Shown here one piece after another: positions 8,231 through 17,449 of a stretch of 32,000 nucleotides of DNA. The stretch is taken from contig NZ_CP042905.2 of the NCBI RefSeq assembly GCF_008000775.2, positions 3,240,001 through 3,272,000 of the forward strand, in the 5' to 3' direction. The stretch comes from Promethearchaeum syntrophicum (lineage in GTDB: Archaea > Asgardarchaeota > Lokiarchaeia > Sigyniarchaeales > Promethearchaeaceae). How positions within the stretch are numbered: position 1 is the first letter of the stretch; every line of letters starts with the position of its first letter. The position numbers and the translations under genes were made by a program. The notes beneath the pieces are model-generated. The model did not search any database. It saw nothing but the letters and a program-made list of their open reading frames with translations, and was not told the DNA's origin.

Positions 8231-10177
8231 ATGAGTCGAGTTTTTGAAAAAATTGTCTCTGGGAAGCCCGGAGAAAGAAGATTTTTCCTGGGAAACGAAG
8301 CAATTGCTCGTGGAGCATTAGAAAGTGGTATTGACGTTTATACATTTTATCCAGGAACACCATCCAGTGATGTCGGTGAAATTTTTATGGAAATTTTTCG
8401 CGATGCAGGGATGAAATGGACAGAAACCAGTATCAATGAAAAAGTGGCTTTGGAAGTGGCAGGGTCTGCGTATGCTCGTGGAGCTAAATCCATGTGCGGA
8501 ATGAAGAATGTAGGCTTAAATGTAGCATCCGACCCATTTTTCGCTCTTGCTACGACCAAACCAAAAAATGAGAATTCGGCAATGGTTGTGCTCGTGGCTG
8601 ATGATCCTGAACAGCATTCCAGTGCAGTTGAAATGGATTCTCGACATTTTCTTAAACTTCTTAAAGTCCCAGCATTAGAACCGGGCAATGCTCAAGAATG
8701 CTTGGAATTCACCAAGGAAGCTTTTAGGATCTCCAAAAAATTGAAAATTCCCGTAATTTTAAGAACGGTAACAAATGTAGCTCATGCAAGAGGTGGTGTT
8801 GAATTAGGAGAAATCCAAAAATCAGAAATAAAAGATGTATTCGATCTTTCAAAAGAAGTAAACGTAGCTTCCAGATTATATTTCTTAGAATTAAAAAATG
8901 AACAAATTTTCAACAGGATGCATCAAGCACTGGAGATCTCAGAAAACACGCCCCTAAATTTCATTGCAAACGATCAAAGTGAAAACGAGTATCAATTTGG
9001 AATCATTACAAGTGGAGTTTCCTTCAGTTATGTTAATGAAGCTCTTGAGTTTTTAAATCTAACTGCGCCCATATTAAAAATTGGGATGATTAATCCTTTA
9101 CCCGAGCAAAAAATAGCCAATTTCTTAGGAAAGTTCAAGCAAATATTGATTGTTGAAGAAAATGACCCGTATTTAGAAACACAAATTTTAGGTATTGCTC
9201 ACAAGCATAAAATAGAAGTTAAGATTTTTGGAAAAGATCCATATTCTTATCAAAAAGATGACGCTTTACTTCCTCAAGTGGGTGAATTGGATCCAACAAA
9301 AGTGGCATTAGCTATCGCAAAAATTACAAAAATAACCCCAAAATTAGATTTACAGAAAATTATCAATACAAAATATGATGTTATGAAAAGAAAACCAGTT
9401 TTATGTCCTGGTTGCCCTCATATGACGACTGGATTTTCATTGACTAAAGCTGTTAAACGCATTAAAAATAAAACCAAAAAAGAAGTGTATTTCTTTCAGG
9501 ATATCGGCTGCTATACCCTTTTGGCGTTCCCTCCCTTGGGATTTGCCAATGTCAAATATTGTATGGGTTCAAGTATAGCTTTAGCACAAGGAGTTGCACA
9601 AACCAGTGACAGCCTAAATATTGCGATGATTGGTGATGGTACGTTCTTTCACAGTGGTCTCCCTCCATTAATCAATGCAGTGTATCAAAATGCGCCGATA
9701 TTATTACTTCTCCTTGATAATGGATGGATCGGTATGACTGGCCAACAATGTGATGCTGGAACTAATACAGAACATTATTCTGAAGGAAAATATAAAACCC
9801 GAATTCCATTGGAAAAAGTTGTGGAATCCATTGGGGCTAAATTAGATATTTACCGAAAAAGAGATGATGGGGAAAAAAATACGCGTCGTTTAACAAAACT
9901 CATAGAAGAAGCGGGAATAGATGTTATCGAAAATCGGAATACACATGTAATTCTAATTCAAGATGAATGCATCCAGAAATCTAAAAAGAGATACACAGGT
10001 TTAGTTCGAGAAGTTGATCGAGATAAATGTATTAATTGTGGAACATGTTACAGACAACTTGCTTGCCCCGCTATAAGCGTTCGCGATGAAAAATCAGATA
10101 TAGATCCGGGTTTATGTTTAGGATGTGGAATATGTGAGGAAGTGTGTCCAGCAAAAGCGATTGGAGTGAAAAAATAA
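8231..10177 (+). CDS. iorA: Indolepyruvate ferredoxin oxidoreductase alpha subunit
   Basis: GNEAIARGALESGIDVYTFYPGTPSSDVGE, TPP region IGDGTFFHSGLPPLINAVYQNAPILLLLLDNGWIGMTGQQ, and C-terminal CINCGTCYRQLACP / CLGCGICEEVCP clusters. Confidence 0.95.
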   Translation: MSRVFEKIVSGKPGERRFFLGNEAIARGALESGIDVYTFYPGTPSSDVGEIFMEIFRDAGMKWTETSINEKVALEVAGSAYARGAKSMCGMKNVGLNVASDPFFALATTKPKNENSAMVVLVADDPEQHSSAVEMDSRHFLKLLKVPALEPGNAQECLEFTKEAFRISKKLKIPVILRTVTNVAHARGGVELGEIQKSEIKDVFDLSKEVNVASRLYFLELKNEQIFNRMHQALEISENTPLNFIANDQSENEYQFGIITSGVSFSYVNEALEFLNLTAPILKIGMINPLPEQKIANFLGKFKQILIVEENDPYLETQILGIAHKHKIEVKIFGKDPYSYQKDDALLPQVGELDPTKVALAIAKITKITPKLDLQKIINTKYDVMKRKPVLCPGCPHMTTGFSLTKAVKRIKNKTKKEVYFFQDIGCYTLLAFPPLGFANVKYCMGSSIALAQGVAQTSDSLNIAMIGDGTFFHSGLPPLINAVYQNAPILLLLLDNGWIGMTGQQCDAGTNTEHYSEGKYKTRIPLEKVVESIGAKLDIYRKRDDGEKNTRRLTKLIEEAGIDVIENRNTHVILIQDECIQKSKKRYTGLVREVDRDKCINCGTCYRQLACPAISVRDEKSDIDPGLCLGCGICEEVCPAKAIGVKK

Positions 10178-10785
10178 TGTCAGATGAAAAATTAGAAACG
10201 TATTCTATAGTATTTACTGGAATTGGAGGACAAGGTCTGATAAGTTCAATAAGGATTCTAGGGGATGCATTATTAGCCAAAAATTTTCATGCTATTAGTT
10301 CAGAAACTCACGGTTTAGGTCAAAGAGGAGGTAAGGTGAATACCTATATCAGGTTTGGTACTAAAAGAATAGCCCCTCTCCCATTAAGAGGTACTGTCGA
10401 TATGATCTTTGCAACAGAAAAATCGGCTATTTTGGATGTTCTAAATTATGCAAAACCGGATAAATCAACAAAAATCTTGATTTCAACTTATGAAAAACGA
10501 ATTGTAGACAAAATATATCCTGATCAAGAATATATCGAGGATGCCCTTAAAAGGAGTAGCGAAGATAAACATATTCATTATATTGAGGCAAATAAAATCG
10601 CACAAGACACCATCCACAACACTCGAACTGAAAATACTATAATGATTGGCTATATGTTGCGATTTATTCCGTTGGATAAGGAGGATATTGAAAAAATCCT
10701 CAGAAAATATTTTTCAAGAAAGGTGTTAGACGCAAATTTGAAAGCATTAGAGATAGGAATATCGTTAAGTCTCGAACAAATTTAA
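10177..10785 (+). CDS. iorB: Indolepyruvate ferredoxin oxidoreductase beta subunit
   Basis: VFTGIGGQGLISSIRILGDALLAKNFHAISSETHGLGQRGGKVNTYIRFG. ATG at 10177 overlaps the iorA stop (TAATG), indicating coupling; the track start at 10144 is probably upstream of the real one. Confidence 0.95.
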   Translation: MSDEKLETYSIVFTGIGGQGLISSIRILGDALLAKNFHAISSETHGLGQRGGKVNTYIRFGTKRIAPLPLRGTVDMIFATEKSAILDVLNYAKPDKSTKILISTYEKRIVDKIYPDQEYIEDALKRSSEDKHIHYIEANKIAQDTIHNTRTENTIMIGYMLRFIPLDKEDIEKILRKYFSRKVLDANLKALEIGISLSLEQI

Positions 10786-10786
10786 A

Positions 10787-11308
10787 CTATTCATCATTTG
10801 AAGTTAGGGCTGATGTTGAATCAACTTGAGGTATGTCAGTTTCAAAGAACAAACGCTCTTCCTCCTTTAAAATTCTGGCAATTACTACCGTATTTGTTCG
10901 TTCTATTAAATTTGAAGTTCTCATTTCTTCTAGTTTATTCATCAATTCCTCCCGATTAATCGCTCGAACCATGATGATGAAATCGTTATCGCCAAGTACG
11001 TTGTAAATAGCCCAAACCCCTTGGATTTTTGCCAATTCTTTTCCTACTTTCTCAACATAATTCTTACTATATTTTGCTCGGATGTGAATGATTGCTTGGA
11101 AATCATCCCCTAATCGCGCAAAATTTACCTTTGCGTGATATCCCTCAATTATATTTTCAGATTTTAGTCTTTTCATCCGATAATGAACTGTAGATTTAGA
11201 GATATCTAATAATTTTGCGATTTTGTTTAAAGGAACTGTGCAATCTTTTTGTAATATGTTTAAAATCTTCTTATCCGTTTCATCAAGCAAACTTCTGGTT
11301 TTGGTCAT
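10787..11308 (-). CDS. Lrp/AsnC-family transcriptional regulator
   Basis: N-terminal HTH LDETDKKILNILQKDCTVPLNKIAKLLDISKSTVHYRMKRLKSENIIEGY plus an RAM-type C-terminal domain. Stop codon is 1 nt from the convergent iorB stop. Confidence 0.92.
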   Translation of the reverse strand: MTKTRSLLDETDKKILNILQKDCTVPLNKIAKLLDISKSTVHYRMKRLKSENIIEGYHAKVNFARLGDDFQAIIHIRAKYSKNYVEKVGKELAKIQGVWAIYNVLGDNDFIIMVRAINREELMNKLEEMRTSNLIERTNTVVIARILKEEERLFFETDIPQVDSTSALTSNDE

Positions 11309-11437
11309 ATAATACCTTCAATTTTTATAAAATACCAATAGTATTCAATTAATTTTTCTAATTTATAGATATTTCCCAAATCTAAAGGGTTGATATAAAT
11401 TTATATGCTTAATTAGATGTATTTTAGATAGAATCAA

Positions 11438-11848
11438 ATGCAGCAATCTGTAAAAAATACTCGTTTAAATCTATTAAAATCTGATGAGTATATAATTAAA
11501 CTTTTAAATTCAATAAAAAATGATCACGATATATTAGCTGCAGTGGTTTTTGGAAGTTTTTTAACTAAAAATTCATATCGGGATATAGATATTTGCTTAT
11601 TCTCATTCAAATGTGAGATTGATCAAAGTGTAGAATTAAAATATCGGTTATTACTTCCTGAAAAATATGACGTTCGTTTTTTTTCAAAATTCCCATTATA
11701 TATTCAATCTGAAATAATGGAAACAGGAGAAATTATTTTCAATAAGCAACAAGATGCTTTATTTGATATATATTACAAAAAAATCAAAGAATTCAATTTA
11801 TTCTATCCTCATTTTAAGACTTATTTGGAAGCGGTAAAAAATAGTTGA
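11438..11848 (+). CDS. MNT-like nucleotidyltransferase (second TA module)
   Basis: AAVVFGSFLTKNSYRDIDICLF (GS-x9-DxD). Followed immediately by a HEPN frame. Confidence 0.8.
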   Translation: MQQSVKNTRLNLLKSDEYIIKLLNSIKNDHDILAAVVFGSFLTKNSYRDIDICLFSFKCEIDQSVELKYRLLLPEKYDVRFFSKFPLYIQSEIMETGEIIFNKQQDALFDIYYKKIKEFNLFYPHFKTYLEAVKNS

Positions 11849-12245
11849 AGATAATCAACGAATTTTAATAAAAATTGCAGAATTAGAAAATTACATAGGA
11901 GATTTCACTAAAATCGTTCCTAAAACGGAGGAAGAATATTTAACATCAAGAAAAAACCATTTAGCCCTTGAAAGGTTATTCCAGATTTGTATTGAGATAG
12001 TAATAGATATATGCGCTATTCTTATCAATAAATTTAAATTAGGAGTGCCTGCTAATGAAGAAAATATTCTTGATTTCCATATGGGAAAAATAGATAACAT
12101 TGAATATTTAAAAGATATGAAAAAATTTAGGAATTTTATAGTTCATAAATATGGAGAATTTAATAACCAGCTTGTTTTCCGATACGCTACTGAGAAAAAG
12201 GAAGATTTTAACAATTTTATTGGAAATATAAGAAAAACTATTTAA
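11841..12245 (+). CDS. HEPN-domain (DUF86-like) protein, reading frame without a canonical start codon
   Basis: Manual translation: IVEDNQRILIKIAELENYIGDFTKIVPKTEEEYLTSRKNHLALERLFQICIEIVIDICAILINKFKLGVPANEENILDFHMGKIDNIEYLKDMKKFRNFIVHKYGEFNN... RX4HXY in RNFIVHKY. The ORF track shows only the 66-aa C-terminal part from a GTG. Confidence 0.75.
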   Translation: MVEDNQRILIKIAELENYIGDFTKIVPKTEEEYLTSRKNHLALERLFQICIEIVIDICAILINKFKLGVPANEENILDFHMGKIDNIEYLKDMKKFRNFIVHKYGEFNNQLVFRYATEKKEDFNNFIGNIRKTI

Positions 12246-12252
12246 TAAAACA

Positions 12253-13140
12253 TTACATCCTTCTAAGATTTTTATGCTTCCATTTACCCACATCAGGATT
12301 TGCAATTAAATCATCCAAAATTCTAAGAATTTTTTCTTTATCCTTTCCGATATTGTCTGATTGGACATATGTATAGTTGGAAACGTGATCATTTCGTAAA
12401 GCAGAAGTTAAACTGGAAGATAATTGGGCAATTATTGAGCGCTCTTCCTTTAGAATTTCTAATGGGGAGAGAATTTCAAAGGTTTTGGCTTCAATATCTT
12501 CTTTTAATGGGGCATTAGGCATTATATTTAGAGTACGGAAACGGAAAAAAGTCGGATTCACAGCATTTAACACGCGAGCCGTTTCATCAGCATGAATTAT
12601 TGTCAACTTTTTTCCCCCTAATCCTAATATAATGTATAAAGAAGCTTGAATTCCTGCCCTCATTAAACGAGGAATTTCCTTAATCATCATTTTTGAAGTC
12701 TGCCCCTTTTTCATATTTTTTAATACTGTATCACTGCCCGTTTCCATTCCAATATAGCAAATAGTAAGACCAGCTTGAGCTAATTGTCTTAATTCTTCAT
12801 CAGATTTGTGGGATATATCTAAAATCTTCGCATAAATACTTATTCGTTTAAAAAAAGGAAAATTTTGTCTTATTTCATGCAAAACTAGTAATAAATAATC
12901 GGTAGGAACAGAAAGTGCATTTCCACCAGCTAAGAAAATATAAGGACTATTCGGATTGTATTTTCCCGCAATTTTTATATCTTTAAGGACATTATCAAGT
13001 TTTCTTATTTTATAATCTTGAAGATTTTTATAAACTCCACAAAATCGACAACGATTCCATGAACATCCCCCCGTGATTGGAATTAAAACGGAATAAGCCT
13101 CAATAGGAGGCCTAATAACTATTTGATCGGGAGGAAGCAT
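12253..13140 (-). CDS. Radical SAM protein
   Basis: TGGCSWNRCRFCGVYKNLQDYKIR (CX4CX2C variant cluster), YIGMETGSDTVLKNMKKG, LGLGG. Confidence 0.88.
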   Translation of the reverse strand: MLPPDQIVIRPPIEAYSVLIPITGGCSWNRCRFCGVYKNLQDYKIRKLDNVLKDIKIAGKYNPNSPYIFLAGGNALSVPTDYLLLVLHEIRQNFPFFKRISIYAKILDISHKSDEELRQLAQAGLTICYIGMETGSDTVLKNMKKGQTSKMMIKEIPRLMRAGIQASLYIILGLGGKKLTIIHADETARVLNAVNPTFFRFRTLNIMPNAPLKEDIEAKTFEILSPLEILKEERSIIAQLSSSLTSALRNDHVSNYTYVQSDNIGKDKEKILRILDDLIANPDVGKWKHKNLRRM

Positions 13141-13244
13141 GTAACCTAATATAAAGCGAAGAAACTTTTAACTAATATGATAATATTGAAAAAAGTTCAA
13201 AATTACGAACATTTTAAATTATGAAAATTCGTTGGATTAATTAG

Positions 13245-14210
13245 ATGAATAGTAAAGATTCTATTGACTCAAAAAAAATTCAAGATCTGAAACGGATTTT
13301 TTTAAATTATACTCATTTTTCCGAGAAATATAGAATCACCACTCTTCAAAACTATTCAGGAATTTGTAATAGAGAATATTATGAAGTATTAATTCTTGCT
13401 TTGAATGATTCAAGCAGATATATTCGAAATTTTATAATTGATATTCTTGAAAAAAAAAAGGATTTTCCTCTTGAAAAATATCTGACAACTTATTCGCGTT
13501 TAAGGAGAAATTCAATTGCTAGACTTATGGGGAGATTGTATCCTGAATTTAAACGGAAGAAACCGTACCAAATTATAAGAGAATTAAGTGTCCAAAGACG
13601 ATCTGAATGTATATTAAAATATATTGATCAAATTGTGTCTGAAGTAGATTCGAACAAAATATTCCATGCTGCGATCTCCCTGGAATTAATTGGGGATTTT
13701 CGCGCAATATCAATTCTACGCCAAACTACATCAATAACATCAATATTGGAATCTCAACTCAATCGACATATGAATAAACACGATGATTATTCAACATTTA
13801 TAGTTATTTTGCGTTATTGTCAAAATTCTAATGATGAAAATCTTAAAAAGCAAATTTTCAAACATTATATACAAGATTTATTACGAATTGCCAATGATTA
13901 CGAATTTTCAGAAGTTTTTATACAAATTTTTAACGATTTAGGATTATTGGGAAATCTAATATATAATGTTCATCAATTATCTTTAAACCAAAAGATAATA
14001 AAAACATTAAATTATTCTGTAGGATCTTTAGCCTATAAAACTATGCTGGTTATATTTTCAGCCGAATACCCATCAAGTTTTCAAGAATTAGAACATATCA
14101 GATCGGAAATTTCAGATCCGGAAAAAAAAGAAAAAATTGATCAAATTAGTAAATCTCTACTTAAGAATTTCAAGGTAAATCTAAATTCTGGATATCCCTT
14201 ATTTTTATGA
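13245..14210 (+). CDS. Hypothetical alpha-helical, HEAT/ARM-like repeat protein
   Basis: Intact 321-aa ORF with repeated helical pairs (SRYIRNFIIDILEKKK, IFHAAISLELIGDFRAISILRQ). Weak family evidence. Confidence 0.5.
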   Translation: MNSKDSIDSKKIQDLKRIFLNYTHFSEKYRITTLQNYSGICNREYYEVLILALNDSSRYIRNFIIDILEKKKDFPLEKYLTTYSRLRRNSIARLMGRLYPEFKRKKPYQIIRELSVQRRSECILKYIDQIVSEVDSNKIFHAAISLELIGDFRAISILRQTTSITSILESQLNRHMNKHDDYSTFIVILRYCQNSNDENLKKQIFKHYIQDLLRIANDYEFSEVFIQIFNDLGLLGNLIYNVHQLSLNQKIIKTLNYSVGSLAYKTMLVIFSAEYPSSFQELEHIRSEISDPEKKEKIDQISKSLLKNFKVNLNSGYPLFL

Positions 14211-14326
14211 TTCATCAAATAATCAATTCAAAACATTTTTTAAGATGTATTTAGATAAAAATAATAGCAAATTCTAGATGAATTGCACTGATTTTTCAAA
14301 AAAAAAAAAAAATTTGTTGACTAATT

Positions 14327-14506
14327 GTGAATCGACAATTCGATGAAGATATAAATACTTTTAAGAAGTCTAATTCTAGAAAGAATAAAAAAACACGAGT
14401 TAGACCTCAAGGAAAACCGATAAAGCCTAAAACTAAACCTCGAGATAATGATTATCATCTAAAGGCTAGAGAGAAAAAATTTATTGATAAAACTTTATGG
14501 GAGTAA
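14327..14506 (+). CDS. Possible small basic protein (59 aa, GTG start)
   Basis: Manual translation: MNRQFDEDINTFKKSNSRKNKKTRVRPQGKPIKPKTKPRDNDYHLKAREKKFIDKTLWE*. Below the track length cutoff; no family recognised. Confidence 0.35.
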   Translation: MNRQFDEDINTFKKSNSRKNKKTRVRPQGKPIKPKTKPRDNDYHLKAREKKFIDKTLWE

Positions 14507-14796
14507 ATATTAACTTCTCTTTTTTTTTTATAGTTTCTAATAATCTCTCTTGTCAATTTCAAGCACCCACAGGAGATTAAAACAAGAAAAACAATCATCA
14601 GATACCTAAAATTCTGTTAAGGTGTTGTAGAGTCAAAATTTTGGACATTTTGTTAATTTTGCGGACTTTTTCTAACTAAAAATGTTTTGAGGATAGTTAG
14701 AAATGTGAAAAGTAAATCAATAATTGAATTAAAAAAAAAAAATCCGAAGAATTATTTTATAAATGTTTTAACGCAATATGCAATGCAAGACGAAAT

Positions 14797-15579
14797 TTAT
14801 ACGAAGTACATGTCTCCAATGGTGTATGCATCATAGAGAGTGGCATCACCATTTGTATTTGCATCAAATGTTTCACAAGCATAATTTCCTATTCCTTCCG
14901 CGGTATCATATCCTAAGTCGATTGCCTCCATAGCATAATAAGTAAAGATACCATTTGCCATAGTTGCATCACCATCATATGTATATGTTCTGGTGGTTGA
15001 GCCGATTGCGCCCACCCAACCTCCGTTTAACAACTCAACCATTGTTCCTTGGAGACATGCATCATCAAAGAAAAACACATGTTCGCTTTGGAAAGTGTCC
15101 GTAATAGGTTTAATTTCAGATACGTAAACCCCAGCCAATTCCCAAGAGACCAAGCAAGATTCTTCGTATGTACGCGAATACGATCCATGGCCTGAGTAAC
15201 AAATTGCTATTGAATCTCCTGCCTCGTCTTCGAGATCAGCAATGTCTTGAAGAGCCCCAAGAATTGCAGCTTCAGTTGCTTGTGTATCAATCAGTAAGAT
15301 GATTTCATAGCCCAAAGCATCGAAATAATTGTACCAATCATAAGCATCATCATCGCAATAAGTTAAATCGTTGACTGTTCCGTCATAATCGCTAATTCCG
15401 ATTATTAATGCATATTTTTGTCCGGTTAAAGGTGCTCCACCTTCCGGTAGGGGCGGAGGGATATATGTGTTACCACCCTTACCGTTACCTCGAATGGTAG
15501 TTCCAGAAGCCCCCGTTACCATCACAATAGGTAAGATCACCAAGAACGCTAATAACCCCGCTAAATATTGTTTTTTCAT
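14797..15579 (-). CDS. Secreted caspase-like (peptidase C14/metacaspase-like) protein
   Basis: Signal peptide MKKQYLAGLLAFLVILPIVMVTGASG; caspase-type beta1 KYALIIGISDYDG; catalytic His in ICYSGHGSY; catalytic Cys in VFFFDDACLQG. ATG at 15579 preceded by GGTGAG. Confidence 0.85.
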   Translation of the reverse strand: MKKQYLAGLLAFLVILPIVMVTGASGTTIRGNGKGGNTYIPPPLPEGGAPLTGQKYALIIGISDYDGTVNDLTYCDDDAYDWYNYFDALGYEIILLIDTQATEAAILGALQDIADLEDEAGDSIAICYSGHGSYSRTYEESCLVSWELAGVYVSEIKPITDTFQSEHVFFFDDACLQGTMVELLNGGWVGAIGSTTRTYTYDGDATMANGIFTYYAMEAIDLGYDTAEGIGNYACETFDANTNGDATLYDAYTIGDMYFV

Positions 15580-16168
15580 TATTCTCACCAAAAAATCGAC
15601 ATGATTGAAAGCGAAAGTTCGTAATATTTAGTTTCAGTTGCATTGCCTCAATCGACATTGATTTTTTTTACAACATCACTTTAAATTTTATGATTATTTA
15701 TGCAAAATTTAAGTGATAATTTAACGAAGATACAAAGATGTATTTAAATCCAATGTATTTTTATTACGTTGTTTTATTAACCTATTAATCAAGAGGGAAA
15801 AAATTAATTACAAAGTGGATTTCCGAATCAAAAACGAGCAATTTGCTATCCCTTCCCTCTCCAAACCAAGAACTAAAGAATCATTTGAGGAATCGAATCA
15901 TTAAAAAAACCCCCAAATATTCATGAGATCCAGAAAAACTCTCCAAAATCGTGATAAAAGTACAATTGGCTAGAATTTTTATTTCATATCAGCCAGGTTG
16001 TTGTTCAAGTTTTCATTTGAGACTCTCTCAATTATAAGCTTCCTTAGGGTTTGAAAAAAGGAAAAAATGGTCATAGGTTTACCATAAATTAGTAATTGGG
16101 AAGTAGAGTCAAAAATTTGGATATTTTTTTGACTTTACTGACCTAGACCGGGTTAAAACGTTATAGGA

Positions 16169-17371
16169 TTAGTCAGAATTGAGGAGTGCTAACCCGATTT
16201 CCTTTCCAAATTCCATACATTTTTTTTTACCTTCTTCATCCGGATTCCATTTAATCCGAATTCCTTGATTTAAGAGTTCAAATTGGGATTTTTCAAGCAA
16301 AGCATTTAATTCTTTTACACTTTCACCAGACCAGCCATATGATCCAAAAGAAGCCGCTTTTTTATTTTTAAATCCTAAGCCTTTAATCATTTCCATGATT
16401 TCAGCTATTGAAGATAAGATTCCCTTCCCTATTGTAGGAGATCCAACTAAAATTGCCTTAGATTTAAATATCTCGGTGATAATATCATTTTTATCAAATT
16501 TAGCTGCGTTAAGCATTTGAATTTTGATCGTGGGATTACTTTCTCGAATGCCTTTGATGATAGATTCTGCCATTCTGCGCGTTCCATCCCACATTGTATC
16601 ATATACTACAGTTATCTGATTTTCTTGATAATTTTTCGCCCATTCCATATATTTTAAAACAATTTGGGTGGGATTATCCCGCCATATGACTCCATGGCTT
16701 GTTGCTATTATATCTATTGGAATTTTTAATTCCAAAACTTCGTTAATTTTTTTCTCTACCAATCCACTGAATGGAGTTAGGATATTTGCGTAATATTTGA
16801 TGCATTCCTGCCAAAGTAAATCTTGATCAACTAAATCATTATACATAAAATCGTTTAAATAGTGTTGTCCAAAGGCGTCGTTACTAAATAAAATATTATC
16901 TTGCGTTAAATACGTTGCCATGCTGTCTGGCCAATGTAGCATGCGCATTTCAACAAAAACCAGCGATTTTCCATTACCTATATCCAATGAATCTCCAGTT
17001 TTTACGGTTTTGAAATTCCAATCTTTATGATATTGACCTTTGAGGGAATCTACTGCATTTTTTGTGCAATAGATTGGTATATCTGGAATTAAATCCATTA
17101 ATTCGGGGAGTCCACCGCTATGATCGATTTCACCATGATTAGCGATTACATAATCAATTTCACTCAAATCAATTTCTTCAGATAGATTTTTCACAAATTC
17201 TTTGGAAAAAGGCATCCAAACTGTATCGATTAACACATTCTTTTCTTCTTTAATTAAGTAGGAATTATAGGTTGTGGAATGATCAGTCGAATATTCATTT
17301 CCGTGGAATTTTTGTAATTCCCAATCTTTTATTCCTACCCAAAATACATTATTTTTAACTTTAAAAGCCAT
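16169..17371 (-). CDS. Flavodiiron protein (metallo-beta-lactamase-like plus flavodoxin domain)
   Basis: ANHGEIDHSGG diiron ligands, HWPDSMATYL, SNDAFGQH, and flavodoxin domain VVYDTMWDGTRRMAESI. Confidence 0.93.
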   Translation of the reverse strand: MAFKVKNNVFWVGIKDWELQKFHGNEYSTDHSTTYNSYLIKEEKNVLIDTVWMPFSKEFVKNLSEEIDLSEIDYVIANHGEIDHSGGLPELMDLIPDIPIYCTKNAVDSLKGQYHKDWNFKTVKTGDSLDIGNGKSLVFVEMRMLHWPDSMATYLTQDNILFSNDAFGQHYLNDFMYNDLVDQDLLWQECIKYYANILTPFSGLVEKKINEVLELKIPIDIIATSHGVIWRDNPTQIVLKYMEWAKNYQENQITVVYDTMWDGTRRMAESIIKGIRESNPTIKIQMLNAAKFDKNDIITEIFKSKAILVGSPTIGKGILSSIAEIMEMIKGLGFKNKKAASFGSYGWSGESVKELNALLEKSQFELLNQGIRIKWNPDEEGKKKCMEFGKEIGLALLNSD

Positions 17372-17449
17372 TATTAATCATCATCATTTTTTTAATTAAA
17401 AGAAACTGCTTTATATATTTAATTTATTTCATTATTTTAGTTATAGAAT

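Noticed and set aside
8347-8688. 113-aa minus-strand ORF inside iorA
   Set aside because: Antisense shadow ORF; low-complexity Ser-rich translation.
11891-12305. Minus-strand ORFs 11891..12100 and 12108..12305
   Set aside because: They are antisense to the HEPN reading frame that the ORF track truncated; the sense frame has the clear RX4HXY motif.
11401-15760. Recurring agatgtattt(a) words at ~11415, ~14244 and ~15738
   Set aside because: Short AT-rich words without extended similarity; expected by chance in this composition.
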